A stretch of DNA of 63,715 nucleotides, filler included, from Octopus bimaculoides (GCF_001194135.2; 7 parts of 6 records of this genome joined end to end with filler, not necessarily neighbours in it); one strand, 5' to 3'; shown: positions 1 through 12,296, counted from the first letter of the whole stretch. Notes: generated by a model not told the origin, from the sequence alone. Made by a program: numbers and translations.

Positions 1-112
1 GCTTCCGCATAGCAAATCCACCCACGAGTCTTTGGTCAGTCTGGGACTATTGCAGAAAACACCCGCCCAAAGTACCATGCAATGGGACTGAACCCGGGGC
101 CATATGTTTGGG
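1..112 (-). mobile_element. tRNA-derived SINE, family A, 5' part
   Basis: Reverse complement of the family-A head (tgggaagcaaactt / ggactgaaccc / aaatccacccacgag), also seen at 9400, 12296, 32088 and 55866. Confidence 0.7.
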
Positions 113-423
113 AAGCAAACTTCTTGCTACTCAGTCACACCTACTAAAATAACTGCAAATTTTCAGAGACGTACATATCGTCATCTTGCTGTCTACTTGC
201 CCATTCTTGCACAAGTCAGGCGGGATTCGTGGAGGCAGGTTTTCTACGACCGGATATCCTTCCTGCTACCAACCTTCACTTGTTTCCAAATAAGTTAATA
301 TTTCCCAGCAACCAGACATACATCTCACAGATGGTTGGAAATGAACAGCACGTCCGGTCTGACGGTGACACTAGCTTACAATCATCACTTAATGTCAACA
401 CAAGCAGACATATACGCAGATAC

Positions 424-570
424 ACACGATGGCAGGGTTCTTTTAGTTTCCGTCAACCAAATCCACTCACAAGGCTCTGATCGGCCCGAAGCCAAGGTTC
501 CATCAGTGGGGCTGAACCCAGAACTATGTGGTTGGGAAACAAGCTTCTTACCACACAGCCACCCCTGCGT
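424..570 (-). mobile_element. tRNA-derived SINE, family A, 5' part
   Basis: tttccgtcaaccaaatccactcacaaggct...ctgaacccagaactatgtggttgggaaacaagcttcttaccacacagcc matches the other family-A copies. Confidence 0.75.
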
Positions 571-737
571 CTATTGAGCATTTTCAAACAAGTTTTCGAC
601 GAGGCAGAAAACATTGGTAATTTAACGCCAAATTATGTTGAAGACAATTGAGACCAGTTAGAAATATGTGTTGCAGAAATTCTGTCCAACACGAAAGCTT
701 TCATAAAACCATTCCTCCCCTTGTTTCTTTCCTTCAG

Positions 738-821
738 AAAGCACCTAACAGATGCCTCATTAAAGTGGAACTAAATATGCCTGTCAGGCAGGTGTCAGTC
801 AATAGCACATCACCTATACAG
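738..821 (+). CDS. Candidate isolated internal exon (phase 0/0, 84 nt): KAPNRCLIKVELNMPVRQVSVNSTSPIQ, host gene unidentified
   Basis: Strong acceptor ttgtttctttccttcag| and donor CAG|gtatgt; length divisible by 3; only one frame is open; non-repetitive sequence. No homolog recognised. Confidence 0.45.
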
Positions 822-1659
822 GTATGTTCGTTCTATCGACTTGTACGCTTATAAGTGATTCATACATTATGGAAACTACTTCAAGAAGGTTTCATAACAG
901 CTGGATATCAGATAACGGGAATTCCTAGTTTTAATGAAGTATGATGTTAAGGATCAGTAATAAAACATACTACCCCTCCTCCATTCTACGTCAATAGCTT
1001 TACAATAGAACAAGCAGTTCAAGAGCTATAACGTTGATTATGATGTCAAATATAATATAACACATCTTAACATAAAAGTACGAAGAAAGTTGTTGAGATT
1101 TTTTATCATACAGCCATCAAATTGTATTTGACAAATATTGTCTGAAAGTGTTTGCAAATTCTCCTTAGATGTGCCAGCTATTTAATCATTTATTTTAAGT
1201 ATAATTTTCAATGGAAAAAAATCTTAGAAATTTTTGTCATTTCTTAAGAGTCGTTTACCCACAGGTCGAGCGGATAGTTTATGATACTTTTTTATTTTTA
1301 TTTTTAAGACAGTGAGATGTGCTATGTGAGACATTGCTATTTCTAACAAGTCTAAGCTACTGTGTATGTAAAAGACTTCCTCACTGGACTCGTTTTCTGA
1401 TTTAAATAGTTACAGCGTGTCACCAAGAAACAAAGGAAAGAAGCGGTTGTTAACTAGGCCTTGACTGATTAATTCGACTGGAACTATCGATAGGACAACT
1501 TGAACTTCGAAACCATAAAGCTTATAATGTGTTGATGTTATTGAAAATTTGGTTGGTCCTTTTTAATCCTTTGTCCGTCCTGTGTATCACATGCGATACA
1601 GAAGATGTATTTTCTCTGGTATCCATGCATCATATATAGTTCACGATTGTACAAAAATA

Positions 1660-1800
1660 AAGACAGGGACAGGTGAGGGAACAACAAAGAGTGTATTAGT
1701 TTGACGCTCAGGAAAAAGTGGGAGCCTTCAACTTTTCAGACCTACGCTCTTATATATAGAGAGGAGTGAAGATAGAAAACAGATAGAGGGAAGATAGAGC
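1660..1800 (-). mobile_element. Degenerate copy of the minimal-hammerhead-bearing (Penelope pLTR-like) repeat
   Basis: gacaggtg...acaacaaagagtgtattagtttgacgctcagg...cctacgctct is homologous to 20001-20110 and 35390-35500. Confidence 0.5.
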
Positions 1801-4800
1801 GGAAAAAAAGAAAAACGTATCCGGATTAACGGTTGTTGAATTGACCAAGCATATTTTCNNNNNNNNNNGTAAAGCTTTATATTACTCAGAAAGTATGAAA
1901 GGAGAGTTAACTAAAAGTTTGAAAACAAGCATAGACGTTTAAGGAATGTTTAGAACAGGGTAAGGATTAAAGGATTTTGCGAAAAGGAACAAATTTAATA
2001 TCAATAATATGATTCAGATGACAACTATAAAATGTGTTAATGGATCGCGTGATTCGAACTATGAATAAATATAGCAAGAATTCTTAATATCAATCAATCG
2101 ACTTTGGGAAGTTATCTGTTAACTAGATCACACAACTACCAGAAATTGTGCAGACCATAACATTTCTGAAAGTTTTAAGAGTTTCAAATACTTAAGAATA
2201 AAATTATGTATTTATTTTGATTCAAAAATAAATTATTAAGATGGCAGCAACAGTCATTTCCTAGTTAAAGATTGTTAGACTTTTAACGTGATATTTAAAT
2301 GGCCTTTGTTGAATATCAAAAAAAAAAATGTAGGTTTCAATTTCCAATTCCAGATTCCTTTCGTTTAAATCATTAGAGAGAAAGAGAGACAGAAAGAGAG
2401 AGGTGGGGGGAAATCGTGACATTGCATACGTTTTGTTCCAATAAAATCAAAATGTGTTTATTACAAGAAATTATTACTTGTTTGTAAGAATCAGTAACGT
2501 TCATTTCGCATTTGGCGCAAGTCGTTCGTGACTGAGTAAATCCGTTCGTTAAACAGACCGTGACGATAAAACTTGTTTCTTATTAACACAAATGTTTATA
2601 TGTTATATAAAGTTCATAAACTCAAACTATTGTATTACTACATAAACCAACAATCTTTTAGGATTCACTGAGCCGTGTCGATTAAAAGCAGAACTTGGGA
2701 AGAAAGTCTACTAAAATTATGGCGTCGATATCATCATATATATTCATATATTATCAACTTCCTAGTAATATGACAAGATACTTCTATTTAAAAAGAAAGA
2801 GTTTATTAGTTTACGATGATTATTATATTTACATTGTAGATTCTAAATAAATAAAATATTCACAAGCAAATTTCCCTGTAACTAGTTTTATATTTAATTT
2901 TTTTTTTTTACATTGTTCTTCAATAAATTTTTGGAAGTATACAATTAAGTGATATTAAAGTAAATATTTACATAGTATTAGCGAAAAAGCAGTTAGATCA
3001 CGTAAATTTATTTTCTGCAGACATTTTATAACGAAAAGAAGATTAAATTAAACAACGAGAAGTTAAATCAGTTTACTTAATTAAATTTTTTTTTTTTACT
3101 TAAACAAGTCATATAAGCTATCACCTAATATATGAATTATTAAGTACTATTTTGGAAGAAAATATCCCGAAACTCGGCTTTTCGACGGGCCAAAGCTGTC
3201 TTAAATAGGCATTTTTCCCCCCAAATATATATTTTTTTTATCCGTGGAACAGCTCGACATCGTCACACAAAGGAAATACGGAGAGAAAAGGAGAACTGAA
3301 TCCTCACACAAAGTTGATATATTGCAGGGTCCCATCATATATATACTGCCAACACCCTAGTTTTATTGATTTTCTCATCATACCTAATCCGAGTGTTGTT
3401 TAGCAAGACACCAGTAGCATTTATGAGTTTAAATAGAGAGAGAGAGGGAGAGATTTTCATACATGAAACAATAACTGGCTGTAATAGGGTTTATTCGAAA
3501 TGAGAGAGAGAAAGGTTTTTCTAAAACTGTTGTTATTGTTTAGTCACACGTCATCTCTAACCGTGCAGACTTCAGCATCCAAGGCATTCCAGTCGAGACT
3601 AATCCTTCTTTTTCCTGTGTGCAAGGAAGCCAAGAACTACATCCTACTAAGGCAGGCAGAGAGCGAGCTGAGGTAGATTTGGCAGTTATTTCCAGCAACT
3701 CAAACGACCATGAAAAGGCCCTCTAATGGGCCAGGAGACGGTTCGTGACTGGTTAGTGCAGAAAACAAATAAACGGAAGCTATGTACTGTGTGTATGTGA
3801 TTCTTGTTTTATAATCACTGATGTTTTAGTAAAACCGAGTATGATTGAGAGCGGCGTGAGAAGGGTTTTAGTAGAATTCTGAAGTATTAGCTTTTTATTA
3901 TTTATACACACACACACACACACACACACTGCATATATATAAATATATATGCAAGCACGCAGCACGCTTGTATACACACAATATGCAAACAATATGTATA
4001 CGTGTATGAATGCAAATATATGCAAGCATTGGCGGGGTTTTGGAATAGCTGACATACATTGGGTTTTCTGTTTTGGGTGGAATTTTAATCTTTGCACTAA
4101 GGATTTCAAAAAGTGGGAAAGCATTTTCTCAAATAAAAAAAAAACCTCATTCACCTTCTCCTCGTACATTCACGACACGACAGCCATCAATAAAAATTTT
4201 TTTTTTCTTCTCTAAATATAGTCCATATTTTGAAACACATGTAAACCAAATATAAACAACAACATGCAAACGTTTGTGTGTGTATGTCTAAGCACACAGA
4301 CGTCTAAAGACGTCATTTTCATACATCATGCATTTCCTGGCTGCAATATTGGATGAATGAATACAAACGAAGCTGGTATGGATGAATGAACAGGTGCGAG
4401 GCAGAAGGTGGAGGAGGGGGTATTAAAAAACTAAGACAAGAAACTTCAACGAAACAGAACAACCTCACCAAGTACTATCACAAAAAATATAAAATAAAAA
4501 TAACAACAAACCAATAGGAACAAGGTGATCGAATGGAATCAAACAGGCAAGTTTTATTATGAAAATATTCAACAGGATTAAGACAGCTATCACAAATGTA
4601 CACATATATATATGCATTCATCCAAGTGTACGTGTCTGTGCTATTTAAAAAAAGAACAATATATATCACTAAAACTATTTATGTGTGTTTTGATTTATAA
4701 ACAACGGAAGGAGGGTGGGGGTATATATATTCAAGTAGTGTTGGTGAGAAGCATTAGGCTTCCATAAAAACGAATAAACTCTGATTAAGAGTTTAGTTCA

Positions 4801-4956
4801 TTAATTCCAAGTCAATACGTCTTCCATCCGTTGAAACTGATTATATATGTATATAATAATAAATAATGATGATGATAATAGTAGATATGTGGCGTGTATG
4901 AAAAGTGGGAGGGAAGAAAAAAACTGAAGAGAGAGGAAAAAAACTCAGTAACTCAC

Positions 4957-5594
4957 CTTATTAAACTCGGGTCTTACTATGTGCGGGACAGAGGAGATAT
5001 TTGCTCTATCTTAAAAGTGGTGGGTAGGAAAAACCTATCACGTGGTAAGCCGATCCTGCAGTGAAAGCCTTGTTGTTGCTGTTGTCGCTAATGATGTTGT
5101 TGTTGTTGTTGTCGTTAGGAGTTTCGGGTGGAGGAGCGTGTGAGAAGTAGATTAAGAATTCTATACTGCAGTGTTATAAATACAAGGGTAACACGAAGAA
5201 GGGGGAGACGAGCGAATTAAATGGTGGCTGACTTGACTATACGTGGAGAGGTTGCTGCTGCTGCTACTGCTGATCTATAATGGAGCTTGTAGTTGTAGTA
5301 GTACTAGCAGTGGTTGCGGTAGTTGCAGAGGTAGTACTAGTGGCGGGTGTTGCGGTAGTTTGATTGTGTTAATGGTAGTAACAATAATGACAGTTGTAGG
5401 TAATAGTACTAACGTTGTTGTAGTAGTGGTAGTAGTAGCAGTAGCGCATAGGCGAAAGAGGTGGTGGTGGAATTGACGACAGCGTTGACGTCTGTACAAG
5501 TAGCAGTAGTAGTAGTATTGGCGGCGGTGACACTAATTTTTTCCAACGTTATTTTCACAATGCGGGGCTCCACCGCCTCCTCCGGGGTCCGTTG
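4957..5594 (-). other. CpG-richer island with splice-like signals: acceptor at 5594 (open frame QRTPEEAVEPRIVKITLEK...R* to 5409) and strong donor AAG|gtgagt at 4957; possible exon or UTR
   Basis: Signals read directly on the - strand. Much of the segment is CTA/CAA microsatellite, so coding status is doubtful. Confidence 0.2.
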
Positions 5595-6032
5595 CTATAA
5601 GTAAATATATGGACGACGATGCAAAACAAAAAATTTATAGTTGGACAATAAATGCATGAACATCACCAGATCTTACTTTTACATATCCTGCACAAGTCAC
5701 AACAACAAATGCTTCAAGCTTACGGTCGAGTCTGTACGAAGCCGCTCGACCTGCTAGAAAGAGCAGCCAAATAAATTACTGCCAAATCAAACGGAACCGT
5801 CATAAACAAGGGTTAATGTGGTTGGTCCTAGATTGATGCACTATCTGAAAAAAGATGTGAGGGTCACGCCTGGAACATTTTTAATCATAAACCTCACTCT
5901 GAAGCTACACAACGTGCTCTTTCTTCTTACTTATTTGATGCCTTTACCATGGCCTTAATTGAACCAGAATGACACTGAATGAAGCGCTAAGTCAACCCTT
6001 GCCAGATTCAAGCTTATAATGCAAAGGATCGT

Positions 6033-6258
6033 AACTAAAATTTTAGTTTCAAATTTTAGCACAAGGCCAGCAATTTAGGGGACGGGGTAAGTCGATTATG
6101 TCGACCCCTATGATTAACTGGTACTTATTTTATTGACCTCGAAAGGGATAAAAGGTTAAAGTCGACCTCAGCGGAATTTGAACTCAGAACGTAAAGACGG
6201 ACAAATTTCCTCTGTGCATTTTGCCAGGCGTGCTAACGATTCTGCCAGCTTGCCACTA
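6033..6258 (-). mobile_element. tRNA-derived SINE, family B
   Basis: Reverse complement of gagctggcagaatcgttagcacg...gttcaaattccgc...gtcgactttgcctttcatcc...ataaaataagtaccag...ggccttgtgc. Confidence 0.8.
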
Positions 6259-6274
6259 GTGTAACTAAATTCTA

Positions 6275-6495
6275 AGTCTCAAAATTTGGAACAGGGCCAA
6301 CAATTTCATGGGGGGCGGAGGGGGGGGGGATTAAGTCAATTACATTGATTCAAGTGCTCGACCGGTAATTACTTTATCGATCCCGAACCGAATGAAAGGC
6401 AAAGTTGACCTCAAGGAATATGAACTAAAGACGTAAAGACGGACAAAATGTTGCTAAGCATTTTTTTCCGGTGTAGTAACGATTCTTCCAACTGG
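6275..6495 (-). mobile_element. tRNA-derived SINE, family B
   Basis: Second adjacent copy with the same motifs. Confidence 0.75.
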
Positions 6496-7242
6496 CTACA
6501 ATACATTTACTCCGTTTATCATTTTGTCCACGTTTTTTTTTTTTTTTTGCTTCGTCCTGTACCCAGATATGCATCTATATATATACATGTAGATGTAGGT
6601 ATGTACATACATGTACGTATATACGCATATATTCATATATCATTTGTATTACAATACATTTAACCTGTCGTCCTCCAGTGGCGTAGTGTAGGGTTGTGGA
6701 CTGCATAGGGTGATCACTTTATATGCGTGTGTTTGCTGCTGTACAAGGTATGGTACGTTGAAGGAAGTGGGTGGCCAATTTTTGCCTGAGTTCATGCTGT
6801 TAACCTTGCTGACGTTATTATTGTTTCTAACATAAACACTGGGTCAGAAAATTAGGATAAGAGGTTAGTTACTGACACTGACTCCTGTACTAGACTGGCC
6901 CTTTATTTGATGAACACCGAAAGATAAAAGGTAAAGTTGACCTCGGCGTGACTTGAACTCGGAACACAAGAAGACGAAAAACATGTACTCTAACGTTTCT
7001 GTCAATCCATCGCAGCACAGTCAAGGCGGAATTGGAGAGGCAGGGTGGCATGATCCATTGTACTTGATTGGTTCTTTTGTATTTGATCAAATCTCGGAAG
7101 CATCGAAGGCAAAGTCAGAATTTGAACGCAAGACATAAAATTACCGAACCATATACTGCGATGCCTTCCAGCATTCGACCATTTTTGTCACATGCTTGCG
7201 TCTTTTATATCAATCCTGTTTTTGTTTTTGTATAAGGAAAGG

Positions 7243-7452
7243 TGGTGAGGTGACAGAATCGTTAGTACCATGGATAAAACGCTTGCTAGTGTTTCTTCCA
7301 ACTTAATGTTCTGAGTTCAAATTCTGCCGAGGTCGACTTTGCCTTTCATCCTTTTGGGATCATTAAAATAAGTAGCAGTTGAGCACCGGGGTCGACGTGA
7401 TCAACTAACCCCTTCCTCTAAAATTTCAGGCCTTGTGTCTATAACAGAAAGG
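7243..7452 (+). mobile_element. tRNA-derived SINE, family B
   Basis: gaatcgttag...gttctgagttcaaattctgccgaggtcgactttgcctttcatcc...aatttcaggccttgtg. Confidence 0.85.
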
Positions 7453-7518
7453 ATCATACGAGCTGGCTTGTCGCCAGACTTTAGTGTTTGGAGGTGCTTA
7501 AGAATATTTAGGGTGGGA

Positions 7519-7729
7519 AGATTTTTGTAAACTGTTTTTTTTCTAAATCTGAGAGTGCACCATTGAATAATGAGGGGACAGTACCGTCCAATGCACCTCC
7601 TTATTGATGGACATGTTAGTCAGGCTTCAAGAAAGATTTTCGTAAACTGTCTTTTCTAGTTTTGAGGATGTACCATTGAACAGTGAGAAGGCATGCCGTC
7701 CAGTGCACCTCGTTAGTGATGGGCATGTT
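7519..7729. repeat. Two diverged tandem units of about 113 bp
   Basis: aagattttYgtaaactgt...accattgaa...ccgtccaRtgcacctc...gatggRcatgtt occurs at about 7519 and 7633. Confidence 0.6.
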
Positions 7730-7737
7730 TACAAGGA

Positions 7738-8357
7738 AAGGCGGCGAGCTGGCAGAATCGGTAGCGCTTCGGAAAAATTGCTTTGCAGTATTTCTTCCTG
7801 TCTTTACGTTCTGAGTTCAAATGCCGCCGAGGTTGACTTTACGTTTGATACTTTCGGGGGTCAATAAAATAAATACCAGTTGAGCATTCAGGTTGGTGTA
7901 ATCGACTTTGCTCAACACGCATAAAATCGTGGCACTCCAGCGGTTACGACGACGTGGGTTCTAGTTGATCCGATCGACGAAACAGCCTGCTCGTGAAATT
8001 AACGTGCAAGTGGCTGAGCACTCCACAGACACGTGTACCCTTAATGTAATTCTCGAGGAGATTCAGCGTGACACAGTGTGACAAGGCTGGCCCTTCGAAA
8101 TACAGGTACAGCAGAAACAGGAAGAAAGAGTGAGAGAAGGTTGTGGTGAAAGAGTACAGCAGGGTTTGCCACCACCACCACCACCCCTGGCGGAGCCTCG
8201 GGAGCTTTAGGTGTTTTTGCTCAATAAACACTCACAATGCCCTGTCTGGGAATTGAAACTGCAATCCTATGACCGCGAGTCCGCTACCCTAACTACTGGG
8301 CCATTACGCCTCCACAACGCATAAAATAACTGGTCTTGTACCAACACGTGAAACCAT
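7738..8357 (+). mobile_element. Family-B SINE interrupted by a nested SINE
   Basis: Head at 7738-7927; tail (tggtcttgtaccaac...gaaacc) resumes at 8328. Confidence 0.75.
7928..8316 (-). mobile_element. Full-length tRNA-derived SINE (family D) with 11-bp TSD acgcataaaat
   Basis: tRNA-like head on - (gtggaggcgtaatggcccagtagttagggtagcggactcgcggtc...); identical direct repeats at 7917-7927 and 8317-8327. Confidence 0.85.
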
Positions 8358-8471
8358 TTTAATATATGCGAAGAACAAATTATATGCAAAAATATACTAA
8401 GAGAAGAACAGGTCCGTTAAAATTTATATTCAATTGCAATTAGATTGTTCTTGTCGTAGCGTATTATTTCT

Positions 8472-8940
8472 CAAGGTGGAGGCGTGATAAATTTTGGTGC
8501 AGCGTGGGACTTTAAACCGGGCCAAGTGAATAAAGTTTGCCATAAAGTGTTAATGTGATGCACTGGGAAAAACACGTGCAGGTAACTTATGAGAAAAAGC
8601 TTACCAAAAACTAGGAACTGGTAGAGCAGTACGGGTTTTGTTACAAGACAATTCAAATAAGCTGCCGGGGTTTTGTTAGGCTTTCACTCTACAAAGCTCT
8701 AACTGGGCTTGGAGTTACTGGTGCAGCGAAGAAGAGGGCTAAAATTCCACCACTGAAGCTGCAGCAAGGGCTTCTAGAAAGTTCTGTATAAATAAGGTAG
8801 ACTGATACGATGGTTTGCTGCTACTAGGATCCAAGCTAGGACTTTATCAACCCCGGCTGGGTCAACTAAGCGAGGGGAAATGATATTGAAAGACCCGATA
8901 ACTCCTAAGACCTCAGAATCATCATTACATCTCAACCGGG
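8472..8940 (+). mobile_element. HERO-type RLE non-LTR retrotransposon, 3' end (degenerate)
   Basis: Translation HWEKHVQVTYEKKLTKN*ELVEQY...ISCRGFVRLSLYKALTGLGVTGAAKKRA/TTEAAARASRK resembles the HERO endonuclease C-terminus. It is followed by a 3' UTR containing atcaaccccggctgggtc...gaaagacccg. Confidence 0.75.
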
Positions 8941-9059
8941 GTCTCTATGGCTTTTTGGGGGTTCATATAAGATTTTGCTGTTGAAATTTCTGCAATAATT
9001 TTTTTTATATTTCTCCAATGCACAAAACATTTTAACAATTTTTATTATACAATCCCTAA

Positions 9060-9211
9060 TAATATTTGATTATAAATATATAATGGGACTTGTTTAAAAC
9101 AAAACGGACTTTGTTTACAGACAACAGAATGAACACATAGGAAAACAAACAAGCCACTTATGGAATTATTCCTTCATCAGCTGCCTCTATTCTAAACTAG
9201 GCGTTTCGAAT
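9060..9211 (-). mobile_element. Repeat fragment carrying half of a permuted hammerhead-like motif
   Basis: - strand: UUC GAAAC GC...AGAGGCAG CUGAUGA AGG; cut off upstream by a SINE. Confidence 0.45.
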
Positions 9212-9385
9212 GTGTCTGTGCTTATGTCTCCCGTAACTTAGCAGTTCGGCACAAGTCACCGACACAATAACTACTAAGCTTACAAAGAATAAGTCCTGCC
9301 CTCGATTTCTTTGACTAAAACCCTTTAAGGTGATGCTCCAGCATGGACGCAGTTAAATGATTGAAACAAGTAAAAGAATAAAAGA
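9212..9385 (+). mobile_element. SINE family A, 3' half
   Basis: cccgtaacttagcagttcggc...aagaataagtcc...gctccagcatgg...gaaacaagtaaaaga tail. Confidence 0.75.
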
Positions 9386-9399
9386 ATGTGTGTGTGTGA

Positions 9400-9722
9400 T
9401 TAGACTACAGCCAGTACAGATTTTTTTAAAGCCTGGTTCTTATTCTATCAGTGTCTTTTGCCGAACTGTTAAGTTGCGGGGATGTAAACACACCAACACC
9501 GGTTGTCAAGCGGTGGTGGTAGGAACAAGGACACACGAACATATATATATATATGCATATATATACGACAGGCTTCTTTCAATTTCCGTCTGCCAAATCC
9601 ACTCACAAGGATTTGGTTGGCCCGTGGCAAAAGTCGACGACATTTGCCCAAAGTGTCACGCAGTGAGACTGAACTCGGAACCATGTGGTTGGGAAGCAAT
9701 CATCTTTCCACACAACCACGCC
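9400..9722 (-). mobile_element. SINE family A, near full length
   Basis: Reverse complement of both the head and the body motifs. Confidence 0.85.
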
Positions 9723-9841
9723 TAGATTATGCATTATACAATGTATCTTTTATGTATTTATGACGCCACAGCGTGATTTTTAGAGAGATTTGGTTGCTAT
9801 TTCTAGTACCAGCCACCTCCGAGCGACTGTATAAACAGGTT

Positions 9842-9959
9842 TGGGCGATCCTTCGGTATCGGTATGAGGAGAAGGCGTCATTCATACCTCTTTATGTATG
9901 TCATGAAGGAAGGTTGTGTGGGTGAATGATGTCGTGTACCAATACCGAAGGATTGCCCA
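9842..9959. repeat. Small inverted-repeat element (23-bp arms, 2 mismatches), MITE-like hairpin
   Basis: tgggcgatccttcggtatcggta / taccaataccgaaggattgccca, plus inner tcattca/tgaatga. Confidence 0.7.
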
Positions 9960-9999
9960 GATTATCCCCAGTGACCCGCATATTATTATTGTTGTTTGT

Positions 10000-10245
10000 A
10001 GGAGAAAGAGAGAGAGAGAGAGAGAGAGAAACAGGTAGACAGACGAAGACAGACAGGCAGACAGTCAGAGCGTGTATATGTGCGTGAGAGTGGGTGTGTA
10101 AGTGGGTGAGTGAGAGTATGAGAGAGAGAGAGAGAAAAAGTGTGTGTGTGTGAGACAGAGAGAGAGACAGACTGTATGTGTGTGTGTGTGAAAGAGAAAG
10201 TGTGTGTATGTGTGTGTTTGTGTGTGTGAGAGTATGAGAAAGCGC

Positions 10246-10287
<42 letters not shown>

Positions 10288-10489
10288 AGGTGGAGAAAGT
10301 GTGTGTGTGAGAGAGAGAAGGTGTTTGTAATTATGTGAGAGAGAGTGTGTGTGTGTTTGTGATTATGTGTGTGAGAGAGAGAGAGTGTGTTTCTGATTAT
10401 GTACGTGTGTGAGAGAGAGAGAATGTTTGTGATTATGTGTATGTGTCTGTGAGAGAGAGAGAGTGTGTGTGTGTGTTTGTGATTATGTA

Positions 10490-10521
<32 letters not shown>

Positions 10522-10620
10522 TGTGTTTGTGATTATGTATGTGTATGTGTGTGAGAGAGAGAGAGTGTTTGTGATTGTGTGTGGGTGTGTGAGAGAGAGA
10601 GAGAGTGAGAGGGGATAGGC
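10000..10620. repeat. Compound (GA)n/(GT)n microsatellite with a higher-order gtgattatgt unit
   Basis: Directly visible. Confidence 0.95.
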
Positions 10621-10876
10621 ACACAGAGAATAGCTTATCTGAGATACCACTTTGGAAAGCGAGCAGGAAAAAATCAAAGCTACATAAATTAAGGGAATAT
10701 TTATTTTTGTGTGATGGAAGTTGAAGTTATAAAAGCATAGCAGGATACGGATTGGTGGAATTAGACCAGAGACTGGGGTGGCTGGTTGGCAACGGTGAAC
10801 GCCAGAACTGGATTCTTCTTTCCGTTCGCACACCCCCTCCCTTTCCCTTCTCAGCCTTAATCATTTACCTCCCACC

Positions 10877-10971
<95 letters not shown>

Positions 10972-11244
10972 NNNNNNNNNNNNNNNNNNNNNNNNNNNNN
11001 NNNNNNNNNNNNNNNNNNNNNNNNNNNNNNNNNNNNNNNNNNNNNNNNNNNNNNNNNNNNNNNNNNNNNNNNNNNNNNNNNNNNNNNNNNNNNNNNNNNN
11101 NNNNNNNNNNNNNNNNNNNNNNNNNNNNNNNNNNNNNNNNNNNNNNNNNNNNNNNNNNNNNNNNNNNNNNNNNNNNNNNNNNNNNNNNNNNNNNNNNNNN
11201 NNNNNNNNNNNNNNNNNNNNNNNNNNNNNNNNNNNNNATATATA

Positions 11245-11304
<60 letters not shown>

Positions 11305-11441
11305 CATGTATGTATGTATGTATGTATGTATGTATATTATACATATATATATATACAAACACACGATATACATGCATATATATGTGTGGTTATGTATATC
11401 TGTATGTATGTATGTATATTATATTATGTGCATATAATGTC

Positions 11442-11630
11442 CCCCCACCATCACTTGACAATCGATGTTGGTGTATTTACGTCGCTGTAACTTAGAGGTT
11501 CGGCAAAAGAGTCCCGACAGAATAAGTACTAGGCACACAAAGAATTAAGTCGTGGGGTTGATTTGTTCGACTAAATGGGGGTGCTCCAGCATGGCCGCGG
11601 TCAAATGACTGAAACAATAGAATAAAAGAA
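11442..11630 (+). mobile_element. SINE family A, 3' half
   Basis: cttgacaatcgatgttggtg...ggtgctccagcatggccgcggtcaaatgactgaaacaa. Confidence 0.8.
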
Positions 11631-12154
11631 TATATTTAATACGTGGTGCACCAGCATGACCGCAGCCACTTGGCTGAAACACATAAATAAATAAATAAAT
11701 ATGTATGAGATGTGTGTTTGTGTGTGTGTGTGTGTGATGCGTGATGTGTGTGTGTATGTGTGTAAGCTAGAGAAAAGGAAAAAAAGAAGAAATAAAATAA
11801 GAAAACCCGTTGATTTGGAAACGGGGTGGCTTAAGCAGCAAAAAACTGGGTGGTTTAAGCAGAATGACAACTGTAGAACTATATATCTGGAGAAATTAGT
11901 TTCTTTTTCTTTCTCTCCAGATATTCGCACACAAAGGAAGAAGAGAAGACAAAATTAGGACGAATTGCTTACATGAGGAGGGGAAATGAATTCATATTTT
12001 AGAAGTATGCTTGTCCCAGAGTTAAGGATTGGAAGGAAAAAAACATCCGTGTGTCATTATACAAAAAAAAAGCCTTAAATAAATACAACAAAATGAAGAA
12101 TTTAGCAGCAATTAATTATATTGTTTTGTCCATGTATATGTATACACACACACG

Positions 12155-12204
<50 letters not shown>

Positions 12205-12247
12205 CACTAAATATAAAGCGTCACCCAAGCAGTTTTCTGCCAGTCAT

Positions 12248-12295
<48 letters not shown>

Positions 12296-12296
<1 letters not shown>

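Noticed and set aside
8262-8316. tRNA-like sequences at SINE heads (also 12296, 52980, 53706)
   Set aside because: A/B-box-like heads continue into SINE bodies and do not form complete cloverleaves; not tRNA genes.
8472-8560. Tc1 transposase reading of QGGGVINFGAAW
   Set aside because: The downstream frames fit a HERO RLE domain much better.
10752-11495. Long ORFs containing X runs (this one and all similar ORFs across gaps)
   Set aside because: They are open only because N and (TA)n/(CA)n tracts contain no stop codons.
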